Source: Marsupella aquatica (lineage: Eukaryota; Plantae; Marchantiophyta). From it: 64,000 nt of DNA. Positions 24,724-38,241 of this stretch are shown here, piece after piece. Below the pieces are notes generated by a model. That model was not told where the DNA came from. It searched no databases and saw only the letters and a list, made by a program, of their open reading frames with translations. The position numbers and the translations under genes are program-made. How positions within the stretch are numbered: the stretch's first letter is position 1; each line of letters opens with the position of its first letter. Location of the stretch: positions 8,929,839-8,993,838 of the forward strand of contig OZ316893.1 in the NCBI GenBank assembly GCA_973895155.1, in the 5' to 3' direction.

Positions 24724-27580
24724 ATGTCCGATGAAGAGGATTTGCATGAAACTGGATATCATTCCACTACTCCCAGGCTAGGGGGTCTCACTATATGGAT
24801 GCCTCCCCATCCCCTACGACGTTTTTAGGCCTCGGACCCCCTAAAATGTAAGAAAAAAAATTATTTTTCAACCCCTATAAAGTTGGAATATTCTTGGAAT
24901 ATTCCAAAATTTTGGTTAGAAAGACCCTAATGTTCTTATAAGTCTCAAAATTGAATTTAAAAGACCCTGTTGTTCTTCTACAAAAATTCTTAAGTCTTCC
25001 CTTCAAACCAATAAAATGACCCTATCCTTTGTCGCACGTGATGTGCCATTTTTGTGGAAGTGAAACCCCCGAGCTCCCAGGCCTGGTCCAACTCGTGTGC
25101 AAGAACATTCTTCAAAACAATCTCCAGTGTGGAGATATTTTGAACGATGTGATGCGCCTTCAACATGTCATGATGTCAATCGTATCTATCAAAGATGCAA
25201 GTATTGTTTAACATACGTTACTCATCATGCAACACGAGCAAAGGCGCATTTGATGGGAAAAATCCAAAAAGGGGATGCGCCCCCTTGCATGCAACTCTAT
25301 GGTGTCGTCGATTTGGATGCCATCAACATAATGTACAATGTGATAAAGGTTCCACCAACCTTGAAGTACAAACAAAGGGATGGAACTCATATCTTGCGGG
25401 ATGTGAGAGGCCGTAGGCCAAGCGTTGGAAGTTCATATTCGCAAGCATCCACACAAGGGTCAAACTATGTTGACATGAATGATACACATGTGAGGGAAGG
25501 AGATAGGCCAGTAAATCTTCCTAACCCAATTATGGATGCCTATCAAATTCCAAATAGAACAAATTTGGATAAGCTTTGGGCGAAAGCTTTCTACACCAGC
25601 GGTATTCCATTCAATGTTTCAAATAATCCTTTTTTTAGAAGCAGTCATATAGACTTCAAAAGGGATTTCAATGGTTACTCTCTACCTACGATGCGGAATT
25701 TGCGATTGAAATTATTGGAAGACAGTAAGGAGGATCTCACAAAGGACATGACGCAAACTTTAAAGGAGGCAAAACCTTATGGGTATTCTCTTTCTTCAGA
25801 TGGATGGGAAAACGTCCGAATAGAACCTTTGATGAATGTCATGTTGTTGACTTCTAAAGGTGACTTCTTCAAGGATAGTTGGAATGCTGCGCAAGCTGAC
25901 AAGAAAGATGGGAAATATCTTGGCGAGATGTGGTTGAAATACATTGAGGATATTGGTGGAGATCATATTATTCAAATCGTAACTGATGGAGCACCCGCAA
26001 ATCGCGTAGCAAGTTGTGAGGTAGTCATGAAAAAGTATCCTCATGTCACTTGGAGCTGGTGTGTTGCCCACGTGTTTAATTTGCTGCTAGAGGATATGTG
26101 TGGTCACAAGCGTGTAGTGCTAGATGATGATGGACAGAATCCATTCCAAAAGATTTTTAAACGCTTGAGGTGGATAGTAAAAGCAGTTTCATCATCGCAA
26201 AAGCTTTCTGCAATATTTGCAAGAAAATCTCCCGACAAAAAACTGTTGAATCCAAATGCAACTAGATTTGCGACCAATTTCCTAATGGCACAAAGAGCGT
26301 TGGAGCTAAGAGGAGCTTTACAACAGATGGTCATTGATGATATTTGGCAGTCTTATCGTGATAGACTTCCATTGCAACCAAAATCAACTGGACACATGAC
26401 GAGGGGAAAGGCAGACAAACTTAAAATGTGGATACAACAAGATACATTTTGGGTTGAAGTGAAGGATACAGTTAAATTCTTTACTCCGTTGGTGAAGATG
26501 TTGCGAGAATTTGATGGTAATTCTCCGCAATCAGGTTGGTTGTATTGGAGTTTGAAAAGAGGGATTGATGTTTTGAAAGCAAGCATGGAGGATTGTCCAT
26601 TGGTAACAGAGGTATTGAAACCAAAGATACTAAAAGTGTATTTGGATCAAAAAAAATCTCTTACCACTGATTTTATGCTAGCGGAAACATATCTCAATCC
26701 CCAAATGTTTTTTGATGAGGACATAGATGTCGTTGGAGATCCAGAACTCTATAGGGGTTTCAGTGAATACATTGCTAGATATTCAGGACAACAGGTGATG
26801 GAGGGGATCAACCATGATTGTGACATCGAGAACTTATTTCTGCCATCCACAATCAAGCCATTGACGCCCAAAAAACTTTCCCAACACATCAATAGCGATG
26901 GGAGCCCCCCAATCAAGTATAGGTAACGTCAGTCCAGTAGAGTGGTGGCATGCGTATGGTGCAGATTATAAACATTTGAAAATCCTGGCGCGAAGAATCT
27001 TACACCAAAAAGTGTGTGCATGATCAGCTTGCGAGCGAAACTGGAGTTCGTATGGATTTATACATTCCAAAAGTCGCAATCGATTGACAAATGATCGAGC
27101 AAAAGATTTGGTGTTTGTATTTACAAACATGAGGGTAGAGAAAGGGCTAACAAATGTTTGAAACCCGCATACGTTTATATATGAACTTTATGACCAAAGA
27201 AAAAGAACAAATAATGGACCTAGACCTGTCTCCATGGAGTTGTGCGGCAATGAAGAGTACGATGCAACACATGCGGCTCTTGGTGAAGAAGATGTCGAAG
27301 ATTATGATACAATTGATGATGCTGATGAATTGCTACACGGATTTTCACTAGATAAGGATAGTGAGTTCTTGACTCGTATTCCACCAGATATAGACATCAT
27401 TGATGTAGGGGACTGGGAGAATGAAATGGATTTGGAGATGTATCCTACAATTGATGAATCGCAAATCCAAGACGACGAAGATGCATCACTGGACACAAAC
27501 TTTGTGATGCCTTCCCAAACTTTGCAAATGATGTGGACACAAGCAGACCATATTTCGACGAGCAACGCACAGGCATAGCA
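24724..27580 (+). pseudogene. hAT transposase (BED finger + DUF659-type RNase H fold + C-terminal dimerisation domain), disrupted
   Basis: Motifs SPVWRYF..CKYC..AKAHL, LSSDGW, QIVTDGA, WCVAHVFNLLLED, NATRFAT. After a frameshift near 26860-26930 it continues PVEWWHAYG...CA*SACERNWSSY...HSKSRNRL. A MITE sits after codon 18. Confidence 0.92.
24778..25073 (+). mobile_element. hAT-type MITE (family A), 296 bp, inside the transposase ORF
   Basis: TIR ctagggggtctcac / gtgaaacccccgag; perfect TSD CTCCCAGG (24770-24777, 25074-25081). Removing it restores the reading frame. Confidence 0.92.
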
Positions 27581-27998
27581 GGGCATCAGACGGATGGAAG
27601 GACATCAACCTTTTTTCATGGATACAACAATCATGAAGGTAAAACTTCAAACGACCCACATGCAAACTGGAAACACCATGCAGGTCCACCCTTGAATGCG
27701 TATGCAGGGAGAATGAAAAGGATTTGGAGATGTATCCTACAATTGATGAATCGCAAATCCAAGACGACGAAGATGCATCACTGGACACAAACTTTGTGAT
27801 GCCTTCCCAAACTTTGCAAATGATGTGGACACAAGCAGACCATATTTTGACGAGCAACGCACAGGCATAGCAGGGCAGACGGATGGAAGGACCTCAACCT
27901 TTTTTCATGGATACAACAATCATGGAGGTAAAACTTCAAACGACCCACATGCAAACTGGCAACACCATGCAGGTCCACCCTTGAATGCGTATGCAGGG
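27415..27998. repeat. ~293-bp tandem duplication at the transposase 3' end
   Basis: gggagaatgaaa(t/a)ggatttggagatg...gcgtatgcaggg occurs twice, near-identically. Confidence 0.9.
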
Positions 27999-29376
27999 CC
28001 AAGTGTCATGAATCCATATTCGTTGAACAGGCCTATTGGCCTTGGTGGGTTTCAAGGAATATCATCATTTCAAGAAATGTCGCACAATGTTCAGTCACAC
28101 AATCGTGATCCACTCAGTTGGGGCGACAAACAAGACGAGTGGAATGCGCTTTTGCGCAAAAATCGTAACAACAATGCACAAAATTTCTTTTCACAACCTT
28201 GAAGCATCTTTCCATTAGGACAATATCAAGTGTTGCTACTCTTATATTGTCTTAACTGACATAGACAAAATTATAAACAGTTATATTTTTTGTAACATGA
28301 TTGTATTGTCTTGCAGTGTGTTGTACCTTTTATTATTGTACAATTATGATTGAATAATTTATTTCTACTTGCATTTGAGAATGTCATAGAGACACACCAA
28401 CGCAACATGCTTTCCAAATCTCCAACACTGACTATTTCAAAGTAGTCAATATATCACAACAAAGTCTCCCTCAATGCCTCTAATGCCCTAGTACGCTAAG
28501 ACAATTGGGCTGAAACTCCAAGCCACAATAAGTTTAGGGATACCTTGTCGTTGGCCATAGCAGCCGTAGTCCATACCAGCCCCTCTCCATTAATTGGTCA
28601 GTTCATTTCACTATGCGAAGATTTAGTCCAACAATAGAGCACCATCATATTCAATAATAATTAGGTCGAGAGGACGTGATTATTGGACCTGAGAATGTCA
28701 TTGCTTGAATAAACCTTCTCATAATAAAATAAACTTAGTTGAATTTCAAGTTGTAATGAGGGCCCATTTTTGGGGTGGGTGAATGTTGTTGACCGTAGCA
28801 GCTGCACTACTTGAAGTTGGGCAGAGTTTATATGAGTACGAGAGAAGTTGTGAAATGAACACATCGGCCACATAATCAGTAATTTTCTGGTCGGGATCTG
28901 ACCAGAAAATTTGAACTGAGAATTTTCCATATTACCGAGGGACTACATGATCACCCTGCAGTTACCCATGGAATGCAGTTACACACTCACTAATGGTCGA
29001 GAAGCTTCTCAAGCTCACCCATTTATATCTTACGCAATGCTCTTGAAAAACTTAATTAAATATTTCCTTAGGTTTGTTCTTTTTCAGACATGGATATACT
29101 CAAGGCAGGAAGAGCCTTTCTCACTTCGTCTGCACTTCTCCATGGTACACTTATCCATGGTACGCTTATCCGTGGTATGCTGTAGTCTATACGATATAAA
29201 CTAGGCGTGAGTAGAATTGGAAAAACTGTTAGCAATTTTTTTCAGGACCTGGTCATGAAACCAATTAATGGAGTACGGCTGCTACGGCATTAATTTATTG
29301 TACAAGCAATTGGTGGCCAAGGAGAGCAATGCCATGATGATGATCAGACAGGGTCACGGGAATTCTACAAGATCGG

Positions 29377-30867
29377 TGTCGTGGGGATTCTTTGTTTAGT
29401 AAGTTCCTTCTAAGTATAGCTTAGTAGTATAGGATAGTAGTTTGAATTCTCGCATTACATGCAGTCTACAGTGTACATGCTACAGTGTATGATCTACAGT
29501 GTGCATGCTACAGTGTACGATCTACAGTGTGCATGTTACAGTGTACAATCTACAGTATGCATGCTACAGTGTACGATCTACAGTGTGCGTGCTACAGTGT
29601 ACGATCTACAGTGTGCGTGCTACAGTGTACGATCTACAGTGTGCATGTTACAATATACGATCTACAATATGCATGCTACAGTGTACGATCTATAGTGTGC
29701 ATGCTACAGTGTACTGTCTACAGTTGCTCCACTCACGTAACTACAGTACTAGCACACTTACTTGCCTTGGATGTGTGACACATGGCTTCCATCCGTGTGC
29801 CATGCTTGATCCTTGTGCTTGAGGTGTGAGCACTATAAATAAAGAGGAGAGGGGCTCTCTCCCCTCACTCCCCATTTTTCGTCAACTAAGTTGTGAAGCC
29901 TTAAAAACCCATTGGACTTGATGCTCTCTTCTATGATTATAACCCTTATGAAGTAGACCCACTCATGCACTCTTGCTTGGAGCTTCAGCTCGGCCAGGGA
30001 TATTTTGTATGAGTCGGACCTTCAGAAAGTGTTGTCATTTGATAGGAGATGGTTATTAAATTCTAAAGAGTTGAAAAGTGCTCAATAATGCATTGACATC
30101 ATATGCTCCTTTTTTTTGGTGAAATCCTTATGAAGTAGACCCACTCATGCACTCTTGCTTAGAGCTTTGGCTCGGCCAGGGATATTTTGTATGAGTTGGA
30201 CCTTCAGATAGTATTTTCATTCAAAAGAAGATCAACCTATTAAGATAAACATTTGCATGTATATACTTAGAGTTAACTCAATGCATAGTATTTGTTTGAA
30301 ATGAATGATCTTTTTGTTGAATGATTCTATATCTTTCCATTAAAAATGAAAATTAGTTGGATGGAATATTTGACAGTAAGATAATGCCCAGACCAGTACC
30401 TATTCTTTCTCTCCCTAATCCTTTCCTTATTAGAATTCATGTACTCCAAAAAGAGATAATGCGTTAGCATATGACTTTTCACTTTGGAGAAGCATTTGCA
30501 ACTGCGATGTTAAATTCAATAGAGCCAATTGTGTACCCTTATGTAGTTTACGAGCAGGATTGGGCTTGCACAATTTTTATCTTGTATTGAGATGGATCTC
30601 AACAAACCTCCCTCCGATGAACCTCCTGTTTCTTTCTCGTTGGGAGATATTCGTTTTGTAACTCGACCCAAGGTAGCTGCCAAGGAGGTAATTGTCCGTA
30701 GGTATGGAGAAAAGGGTTATGATGTTGTGCTTTCATCCATAGAACCGTTCCTTGTGGTGTCTGCTACCCAGTCTAGAATAGTAATCATGATCTTAACTTA
30801 AGTTCTCTCTTGACACTAGCAGCCATGGCCCGGTGCTTCCTCAAGAACCACATTTTCCCCCCAGACA
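29377..30867 (+). repeat. 5' LTR (1491 bp) with ctacagtgt minisatellite, TATA (tataaata ~29835) and two hairpin motifs
   Basis: Highly similar to 36792-38241; begins tgtcgtgggg and ends cccagaca. Confidence 0.95.
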
Positions 30868-30870
30868 TGT

Positions 30871-30888
30871 TGGCGACCATACTGGGGA
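30871..30888 (+). promoter_or_regulatory. Primer binding site, tRNA-Arg-like
   Basis: TGGCGACCATACTGGGGA lies 3 nt after the 5' LTR. It is complementary to a tRNA 3' end ...GGUCGCCA; the Arg assignment is from memory. Confidence 0.7.
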
Positions 30889-30965
30889 AACTTGAGGCTA
30901 GTGTCAAAGATAAAAGGATATTGATGAGAGAAGAAGCTTGATAGAAAATAGAAGCAAAGGAAAAG

Positions 30966-33293
30966 TTGTTCACAATGGTAGGAGGAACTATGGAAGAGAT
31001 GACTGAGATGTTTATGAGTTTGATGGAGGCTGAAGCACGAAGAGAGGCACCTGAGAACCAGAAGAAGGAGGAAGCAAGTCGTATGACCAAGTGCTTACAA
31101 GCTTTGCTAGCAAAGTTTGGGCAGTTCGACGGGAGAAGAGCAACCCGGTACTTGAAAGAGTATTGGACAGAGGTAGCCATCCACAAGATCAGTGAGAAGG
31201 TTGCCATTCATGAATTTGCATCATTGGTGGAATCAGAATTGAAAGACATCATCACCAAGATTGCTGAAGGAGCCAAAGAGGATTGGAAAACATTTGAAAT
31301 GAGGGTGAGAGAGGAGTTTCGATTTGAAGATCCAGATCGAGTTACTGCAGCCACGTTCCTTGGTTGGGTACAAGAGAAAAACAAGAAATTGGGACCTCAA
31401 GAATTATTGAGGGAATTCAATAGGCGCTACCATCAGCTATCTTCAAAAGATCTAACAATAATCAATCTCAGAAGAGGGGGTCTTTTGATCCGTGCAGCTG
31501 ATATACCTTTGAGGGTAGAGTTGGACAATGCTCTAGATGTTATTGCTCCAGATGCGGATGAAGTCACTTGGGATCAAGCAAAAGCTGCAATCCACAAGGT
31601 GACAAAGCAAAGGAGGAGAAGGGAGGTCGATCAAGAGGCGGAAGCTCCCATTCTAGACTTGAGAAAAGTCAGAGAAGAAAGCACTACTGATGGAGGAGAA
31701 AAAGAAGTCAAAAGCAGCATCACAGAAGGGGGCGACATAGCATCATTGACAGACATGATAGCAAAGCTTGCTCTTTCAATTCAAACCTTGGAGAACAAAA
31801 ACCCTGGTGGAACATCACTAGCAGCCTTGAATAAAAACTGGAATTGTTTGTGGTGTGATAGCAAGGAGCATCACAGAAGGGATTGTGGAGAACTGACAGA
31901 AGCATTGCGACTTCGACATGTCAAGTTTGTGGAAGGGAAGATTGCATTTGTTGATTCTGGAGAGCCAATACCAATGAATGTGAACCGAGGAGGAATGAAG
32001 CAAATTGTGGAATAGAGAATGAGAGAGAAAGTTTCTAGTGCTGCAGCGATGTATGGTGATCCTTCTGTCTTCAGTCTTCAGGTTAAGAAGGATTTGCCTT
32101 CCATAGAACATCTTGATATTATTGAGAGGAAGAGACTAGCGGAAAGTATCCGGAGAAAATCCGGTTGGGATGTGCCTGTGTTGATCAACTCTATCACTGC
32201 GGAAGTAGGAGCAGCATGGAATGCTGCTGTGGAAGATAAGAGGAGGTATGAAGGCACTTCTATGGAAGAAACCCAAAGGGGAGGAAAACAACAGAGACCC
32301 AAAGCAGGACCTCGCTTCACACGTCAAGCCAAAGAGAAAGGAGTTCGATTTGAGGAGCCTAAAGCGTCCACAAGCAAGAGTCAAGAAGAAATCTCCCATG
32401 GAAGCTCAATGGATACTGACACCCCAAAGAAAGGTGCTAAGAAGAGCCCAGGCTATTTGCTTACTAGAGAGGTGGAGCAAACTATTGATCCAGAAGTGAT
32501 TGCCGAGAAATTTTGGCAGCAAGAGGCTAGGGGGTTCACTAATGGAGAACTTTTTGGAAGTCTTCGTTTAGACTTACAAGGCAAGATCTTGGATAGGGCA
32601 AGAAGAAAAAGGGTTTACAAGGAGGGACCTCATGCACTAACTGCCAAGATTCTTAGCTATGACTATGAAGATGATCTAGAAGATGACGAAGAAGAAGAAG
32701 AATTGGAGGGAAATGTATTTTGTGCTACCATGAGTCACCATGAAGCAACTTCAGGTATTCATGGCAATGTAGCCCTACATGAGGTGGATTTGCGGGAAAC
32801 AATCCGACCGTATTGGACAAGAGCTTGCCCGGAGATTGAGGTGCAATTGCTTGGTGCTGAAGGAGGAATTTGGGCACTCCTAGATTCAGGATCTGAGTTG
32901 AATCTAATGTCTAAAGAGACATACCAAAAAGGGCATTGGAAGATTGATTGTGACATCAAATGGAATGTCAATTCAGTGGGCACAAGGGCAAATCCCTTGT
33001 GGGGAGCATGTCCCGAGATCATGATCAAACTTGGGAATGTGGTAGAAGCTATCAATGTCTTTGTATTTGAAAAACTTCCATATCCTTTTATTCTTGGTGT
33101 TCCTTTCATCACGGAATTACGAGTAGAGACCATGGTACTTGACGATGGTACTCACATGGCAAAAGTGAAGAGCAAGGATGACTTGAAGAAGATTCAATTT
33201 CCCACACTTCGGCCAGGTAGTACAAGAGATCGTCGGGAATTAAGAACAATGGAGGAGTACAGGTCCGATCAGAGTATGAAGGGTTTCGACTAG
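30966..33293 (+). pseudogene. Gag-protease ORF with an in-frame stop at 32013
   Basis: Zinc knuckle CLWCDSKEHHRRDC; aspartic protease ALLDSGSELNLM...FILGVPF. ORFs 30966-32015 and 32019-33293 share one frame. Confidence 0.88.
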
Positions 33294-33334
33294 GCGTCCC
33301 GCTAAGAGAAGCGAGCAGGCAGGACGCCAAGCCT
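33281..33334 (+). promoter_or_regulatory. Predicted -1 programmed ribosomal frameshift signal
   Basis: In-frame slippery heptamer G GGT TTC (33281-33287), then stem ggcgtcc/ggacgcc (33293-33328). The -1 frame is open into the pol ORF. Confidence 0.75.
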
Positions 33335-36300
33335 TTAGTCTCGTCTATGGAGGTTCATTCCTCTTTTGTTGGTGTGAGTAGGACTAGTGAAGTGAGCTAT
33401 TTTCATAAAGGTGGTGTGAAGAGGCGAGCTCAGAAGATGTTGGAAAAGAAAGAAAACGATTTGTTCACATTAGGAGTGTTGAAGGTTGAAGAGAGAATAG
33501 AAGGAGTACTAGAGGAAAGGGGATTACCACCCTCTCTTCGAGAGATTATTGGAGACATTGAGGAAGAAAATGGAGAAGTGGAGGTGGAAAGGGATGTGTA
33601 TGGTTACATTGAGCACTTTGCAGAAGTACACACAAAGTACAAAACAATGGACAAGAAGGTGCGACCTGCAGCAGTTCCCTTGCCATCTGAGGCTAAGGAA
33701 ATATTGAAGTGAGCAAAGGAGGAGCCAAGTCTTAGAGATCATACTAAGATTGGGCATAAATTCACTGAGGAGACGTTGCTCAAATTAAAGGTTGGTGATA
33801 AGGGTTTACTAGAGGAAGAGAGAAGAGCCTTCAAGGAGATGATCATCAAACATGAAAAGGCCTTTTCTTTTTCCATTGGAGAGATTGGGTGTGCTGATCC
33901 AAGGGAGATCACACCAATGGTAATCTTCACTGTTCCACATGTTCCTTGGAACCTTAAGCCAATTCCTGTGCCACGAGCACTGATGCCTAAATTGGTGGAG
34001 TTACTCAAGGAGAAGTTAGATGCCAAAATCCTTGAGAGATCAAACGCTCCGTACTCAAATCGGTGGTTCACGGTGAGAAAGAAGAATGGAAAGCTAAGGT
34101 TCATTCAAGACATGCAGCCACCAAACAAGGTCACCATAAGGAATGTGGGCACAGGACCTGTGGTGGATGAGTTTGCTGAGGAGTTTGCTGGGAGAGCAAT
34201 CTACTCCATTGGCGACTTATACTCAAGGTATGATCAGTTTCAGCTTGCCCAAGATAGCAGAGACATTACTGCTATGAGAACGCCACTAGGGTTGTTGAGA
34301 ATGTGCACCCTTCCTCAAGGTGCAACTAACTCAGTGGCCCATATGCAAAATGCCATGAATAGGATTTTGCAACCGTTTGTTCCAAAGAAGACTAGACCTT
34401 TTCTTGATGACATCCCCATAAAAGGGTGTTTGTACAAGGAGAGGGATCAAACACTTAGAGGAGATGGTCTAAGACAGTTTGTGTGGGAGCACTTACAAGA
34501 TGTGGGAGCTATTCTACAAAGACTCAAGGAAGTAGGAGTAACTCTATCTGGAGAGAAGTCAGCTTTCGGGTTACAAGAGATCATGGTAGTAGGGCAAGTT
34601 TGTGGCCCTTATGGAAGAAGCCCATGTGAAGCAAAAGTGGATGCCATCAAGGATATGGAAAACTGCAGAACTACCTCAGAGGTAAGGAGATTTCTTGGGG
34701 CCTGCATCTTCTACAGAATATGGATACCACATTTTGCTCACATTGCAGAACCTCTCTATGATCTTCTAAGGAAGAATGTGAGGTTTGTATGGAGTGCAGG
34801 CCATACAAAGGCTATGCAACAATTGAAAGAAGCTTTGACTAGCTCACCGGTATTACGACCTCTGAAGTACAATGGTATTGACCCAATAATTGTGACCATT
34901 GACTCAAGTCCTCATGCATCTGGATGGGCAGTTGGGCAAGATGAGGAAGGACAAAGGTTTGCCGCACGGTTTGGGGCAAAAATATTTACAGAAAGACAGA
35001 GGCATTATCCTCAAGTAAAACGAGAGTTGTGGGGTGCGAAGGTAGCACTTCGCCAAGAAAGAGACTATTTGATAGGAGCAAATGTAATACTGGAGACAGA
35101 TTGCCTACCCTTGTTGGGAATGATAGCCAATTGTGATACTCCAGATATTGCAATGCTTCGATGGATAGCATTCATCAGAATGTTTAATCCTGAGTTAAAG
35201 CACATTGCTGGGAGAGATAATCCAGTAGCTGATATGCTTTCCCGAGCTCGCTATAGGGACGAGGAGGACCAAGGAATGTGCCTTCATAGTACATATGGAG
35301 AAGATGAAGAGGAATTGAGGTTTGAAGAGGAAGCTTATTCTGGGGAATTGTTACAGATAGGACGTTACCTTGCCACCTTGCAGAAAGATTCAACATGGAG
35401 TAAGCAAGACTTCAACAAAATTCGGAAGAAGTCTTACCAGTTCATGATAAGAGGTGGATCCCTTTGGAAGCATCCAAAGAAGAAGGGGCACATACTTCTA
35501 AGGGTCATTGGTAGAGATGAAGAGAAACACAAAATTTTGCATGACTTACATGATTCCGACGTGGCAGGACATAAGGGGCGAGAAGCTACTTACGAAAGGA
35601 TTCGAAGACTATATAGGTGGCAAGGAATGTATGTAGATGTAAGCAAGTATGTGGAAACTTGCAAAGTGTGTCAACTCTACTCGAAGGTGAAGCATAGAGA
35701 TGGACTAAAACCCACGTACCCTCTTTCCCTACACTACCAATGGGCTGTAGATGTGGTACACATGCCGAGAGGAGTAAGAGGAGCCAAGTACCTTGTCTTG
35801 GCTATTGAGGACCGCTCCTCTTACATTGAAGGTAGAGCCTTGACAACAAATAAGACCGAGGCGATATGTAGATTTGTATTGGAGGACATCATTGCAAGGT
35901 ATGGATGCTTTGATCGCATGAGGGCAGACAGAGGGGAGCTCAATGCAGAGGAAGCAGTCGCATTTTTCAGGAAGTTTAGGGTGAATCTCAAATTGACAAC
36001 TACTTACAATCCTGAAGGTAATGGCAAGAGTGAACGGGGACACCAACCAATAGTGAATGCCTTGATTAAGGAATGCAAGGGAAGAATCTCACTTTGGCCA
36101 AATTTCCTTTCCCTAGCACTTATGGCACACCGAACAACTTGCACATCGGTAACAGGATATGCACCTTCAGAGTTGATCAATGGTCAACTTCCACTCATGC
36201 CAATAGAAGAAAATATTAACAGTTGGAGGGCAATAGAGTGGGAGGATGGTGTATCTCAAGAGGATTTGATTCTTCGTCGCATAGAACAGTTTGATCACAC

Positions 36301-36718
36301 TCCTACAAAGATCCAGGGCGCTATTAAACAATTGAAGCAAAAGAGAATGGCTAACAAATCCCGCTTTGACAAGTCCCATCGATTGAGACCCAAGACAATC
36401 CAAGAAGAGGATTGAGTCTTAGTCTCTGAAGGCGGTCTCGGACAAGATCACTCCTCGATCAAGAAATTTGCACAACGTTGGAGGGGCCCATTTGTGATAG
36501 TTACTACTCACCCAAATTCCACTTACACTCTCCGTGAATTGGATGGAGCAATTCATCGTGTGCCTTATGCAGGAAAAAGAGTGAAAATATTCAAAAGGCA
36601 AACACGTTTTTTAGAGGAAGATCCCATCGATTCAGACCAAGAAGAGGAAGAAGAGGAAGAAGAGGAAGAAGAAGATGAAGAACCTGAAAAGCAAGAGGAA
36701 GAAATATTCATTGAGTGA
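33281..36718 (+). pseudogene. Pol (RT-RNase H-integrase) with in-frame stops at 33710 and 36413
   Basis: RT motifs KLRFIQD, DLYSRYDQF, LPQGATNS, FLDDIPIKG. RNase H IDSS..., ETDCLPL, NPVADMLSR. Integrase HHCC (LHDSDVAGH...CKVCQ), VDVVHM, RADRG, NGKSER, GPF; acidic tail. Confidence 0.92.
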
Positions 36719-36791
36719 AGTACAAGATTAGTAGGGGTGACTATTAAGTGTGGTCCAGACCGGAGGTTGCACAGGTTTAGTAAGGGTGATA

Positions 36792-38241
36792 TGTCGTGGG
36801 GATTCTTTGTTTAGTAAGTTCCTTCTAAGTATAGCTTAGTAGTATAGGATAGTAGTTTGAATTCTCGCATTATATGCAGTCTACAGTGTACATGCTATAG
36901 TGTATGATCTGCAGTGTGCATGCTACAGTGTACGATCTACAGTGTGCATGTTACAGTGTACAATCTACAGTATGCATGCTACAATGTACGATCTACAGTG
37001 TGCGTGCTACAGTGTACGATCTACAGTGTGCATGTTACAATGTACGATCTACAGTATGCATGCTACAGTGTGCATGCTACAGTGTACTGTCTACAGTTGC
37101 TCCACTCACGTAACTACAGTACTAGCACACTTACTTGCCTTGGATGTGTGACACATGACTTCCATCCGTATGCCATGCTTGATCCGTGTGCTTGAGGTGT
37201 GAGCACTATAAATAAAGAGGAGAGGGGCTCTCTCCCCTCACTCCCCATTTTTCGTCAACTAAGTTGTGAAGCCTTAAAAACCCATTGGACTTGATGCTCT
37301 CTTCTATGATTATAACCCTTATGAAGTAGACCCACTCATGCACTCTTGCTTGGAGCTTCGGCTCGGCCAGGGATATTTTGTATGAGTCGGACCTTCAGAA
37401 AGTGTTGTCATTTGATAGGAGATGGTTATTAAATTCTAAAGAGTTGAAAAGTGCTCAATAATGCCTTGACATCATATGCTCCTGTTTTTTGGTGAAATCC
37501 TTATGAAGTAGACCCACTCATGCACTCTTGCTTAGAGCTTTGGCTCGGCCAGGGATATTTTGTATGAGTTGGACCTTCAGATAGTATTTTCATTCAAAAG
37601 AAGATCAACCTATTAAGATAAACATCTGCATGTATATACTTGGAGTTAACTCAATGCATAGTATTTGTTTGAAATGAATGATCTTTTTGTTGAATGATTC
37701 TATATCTTTCCATTAAAAATGAAAATTAGTTGGATGGAATATTTGACAGTAAGATAATGCCCAGACCAGTACCTATTCTTTCTCTCCCTAATCCTTTCCT
37801 TATTAGAATTCATGTACTCCAAAAAGAGATAATGCGTCAGCATATGACTTTTCACTTTGGAGAAGCATTTGCAACTGCGATGTTAAATTCAATAGAGCCA
37901 ATTGTGTACCCTTATGTAGTTTACGAGCAGGATTGGGCTTGCACAATTTTTATCTTGTATTGAGATGGATCTCAACAAACCTCCCTCCGATGAACCTCCC
38001 GTTTCTTTCTCATTGGGAGATATTCGTTTTGTAACTCGACCCAAGGTAGCTGCCAAGGAGGCAATAGTCCGTAGGTATGGAGAAAAGGGTTATGATGTTG
38101 TGCTTTCATCCACGGAACCGTTCCTTGTGATGTCTGCTACCCAGTCTAGAATAGTAATCATGATCTTAACTTAAGTTCTCTTTTGACACTAGCAGCCATA
38201 GGCCCGGTGCTTCCTCAAGAACCACATTTTCCCCCCAGACA
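36792..38241 (+). repeat. 3' LTR (1450 bp)
   Basis: Copy of the 5' LTR with a shorter minisatellite. Confidence 0.95.

Larger units (their letters stand above)
29377..38241 (+). mobile_element. Full-length Ty3/gypsy LTR retrotransposon (no chromodomain seen), 8865 bp, 4-bp TSD TCGG
   Basis: TG...CA LTRs 29377-30867 and 36792-38241; TSD at 29373-29376 and 38242-38245; PBS present; domain order gag-PR-RT-RH-IN. Confidence 0.95.

Noticed and set aside
29459-29822. Cys/Tyr-rich ORFs in all three frames (also 36900-37195)
   Set aside because: Artefacts of the LTR minisatellite.
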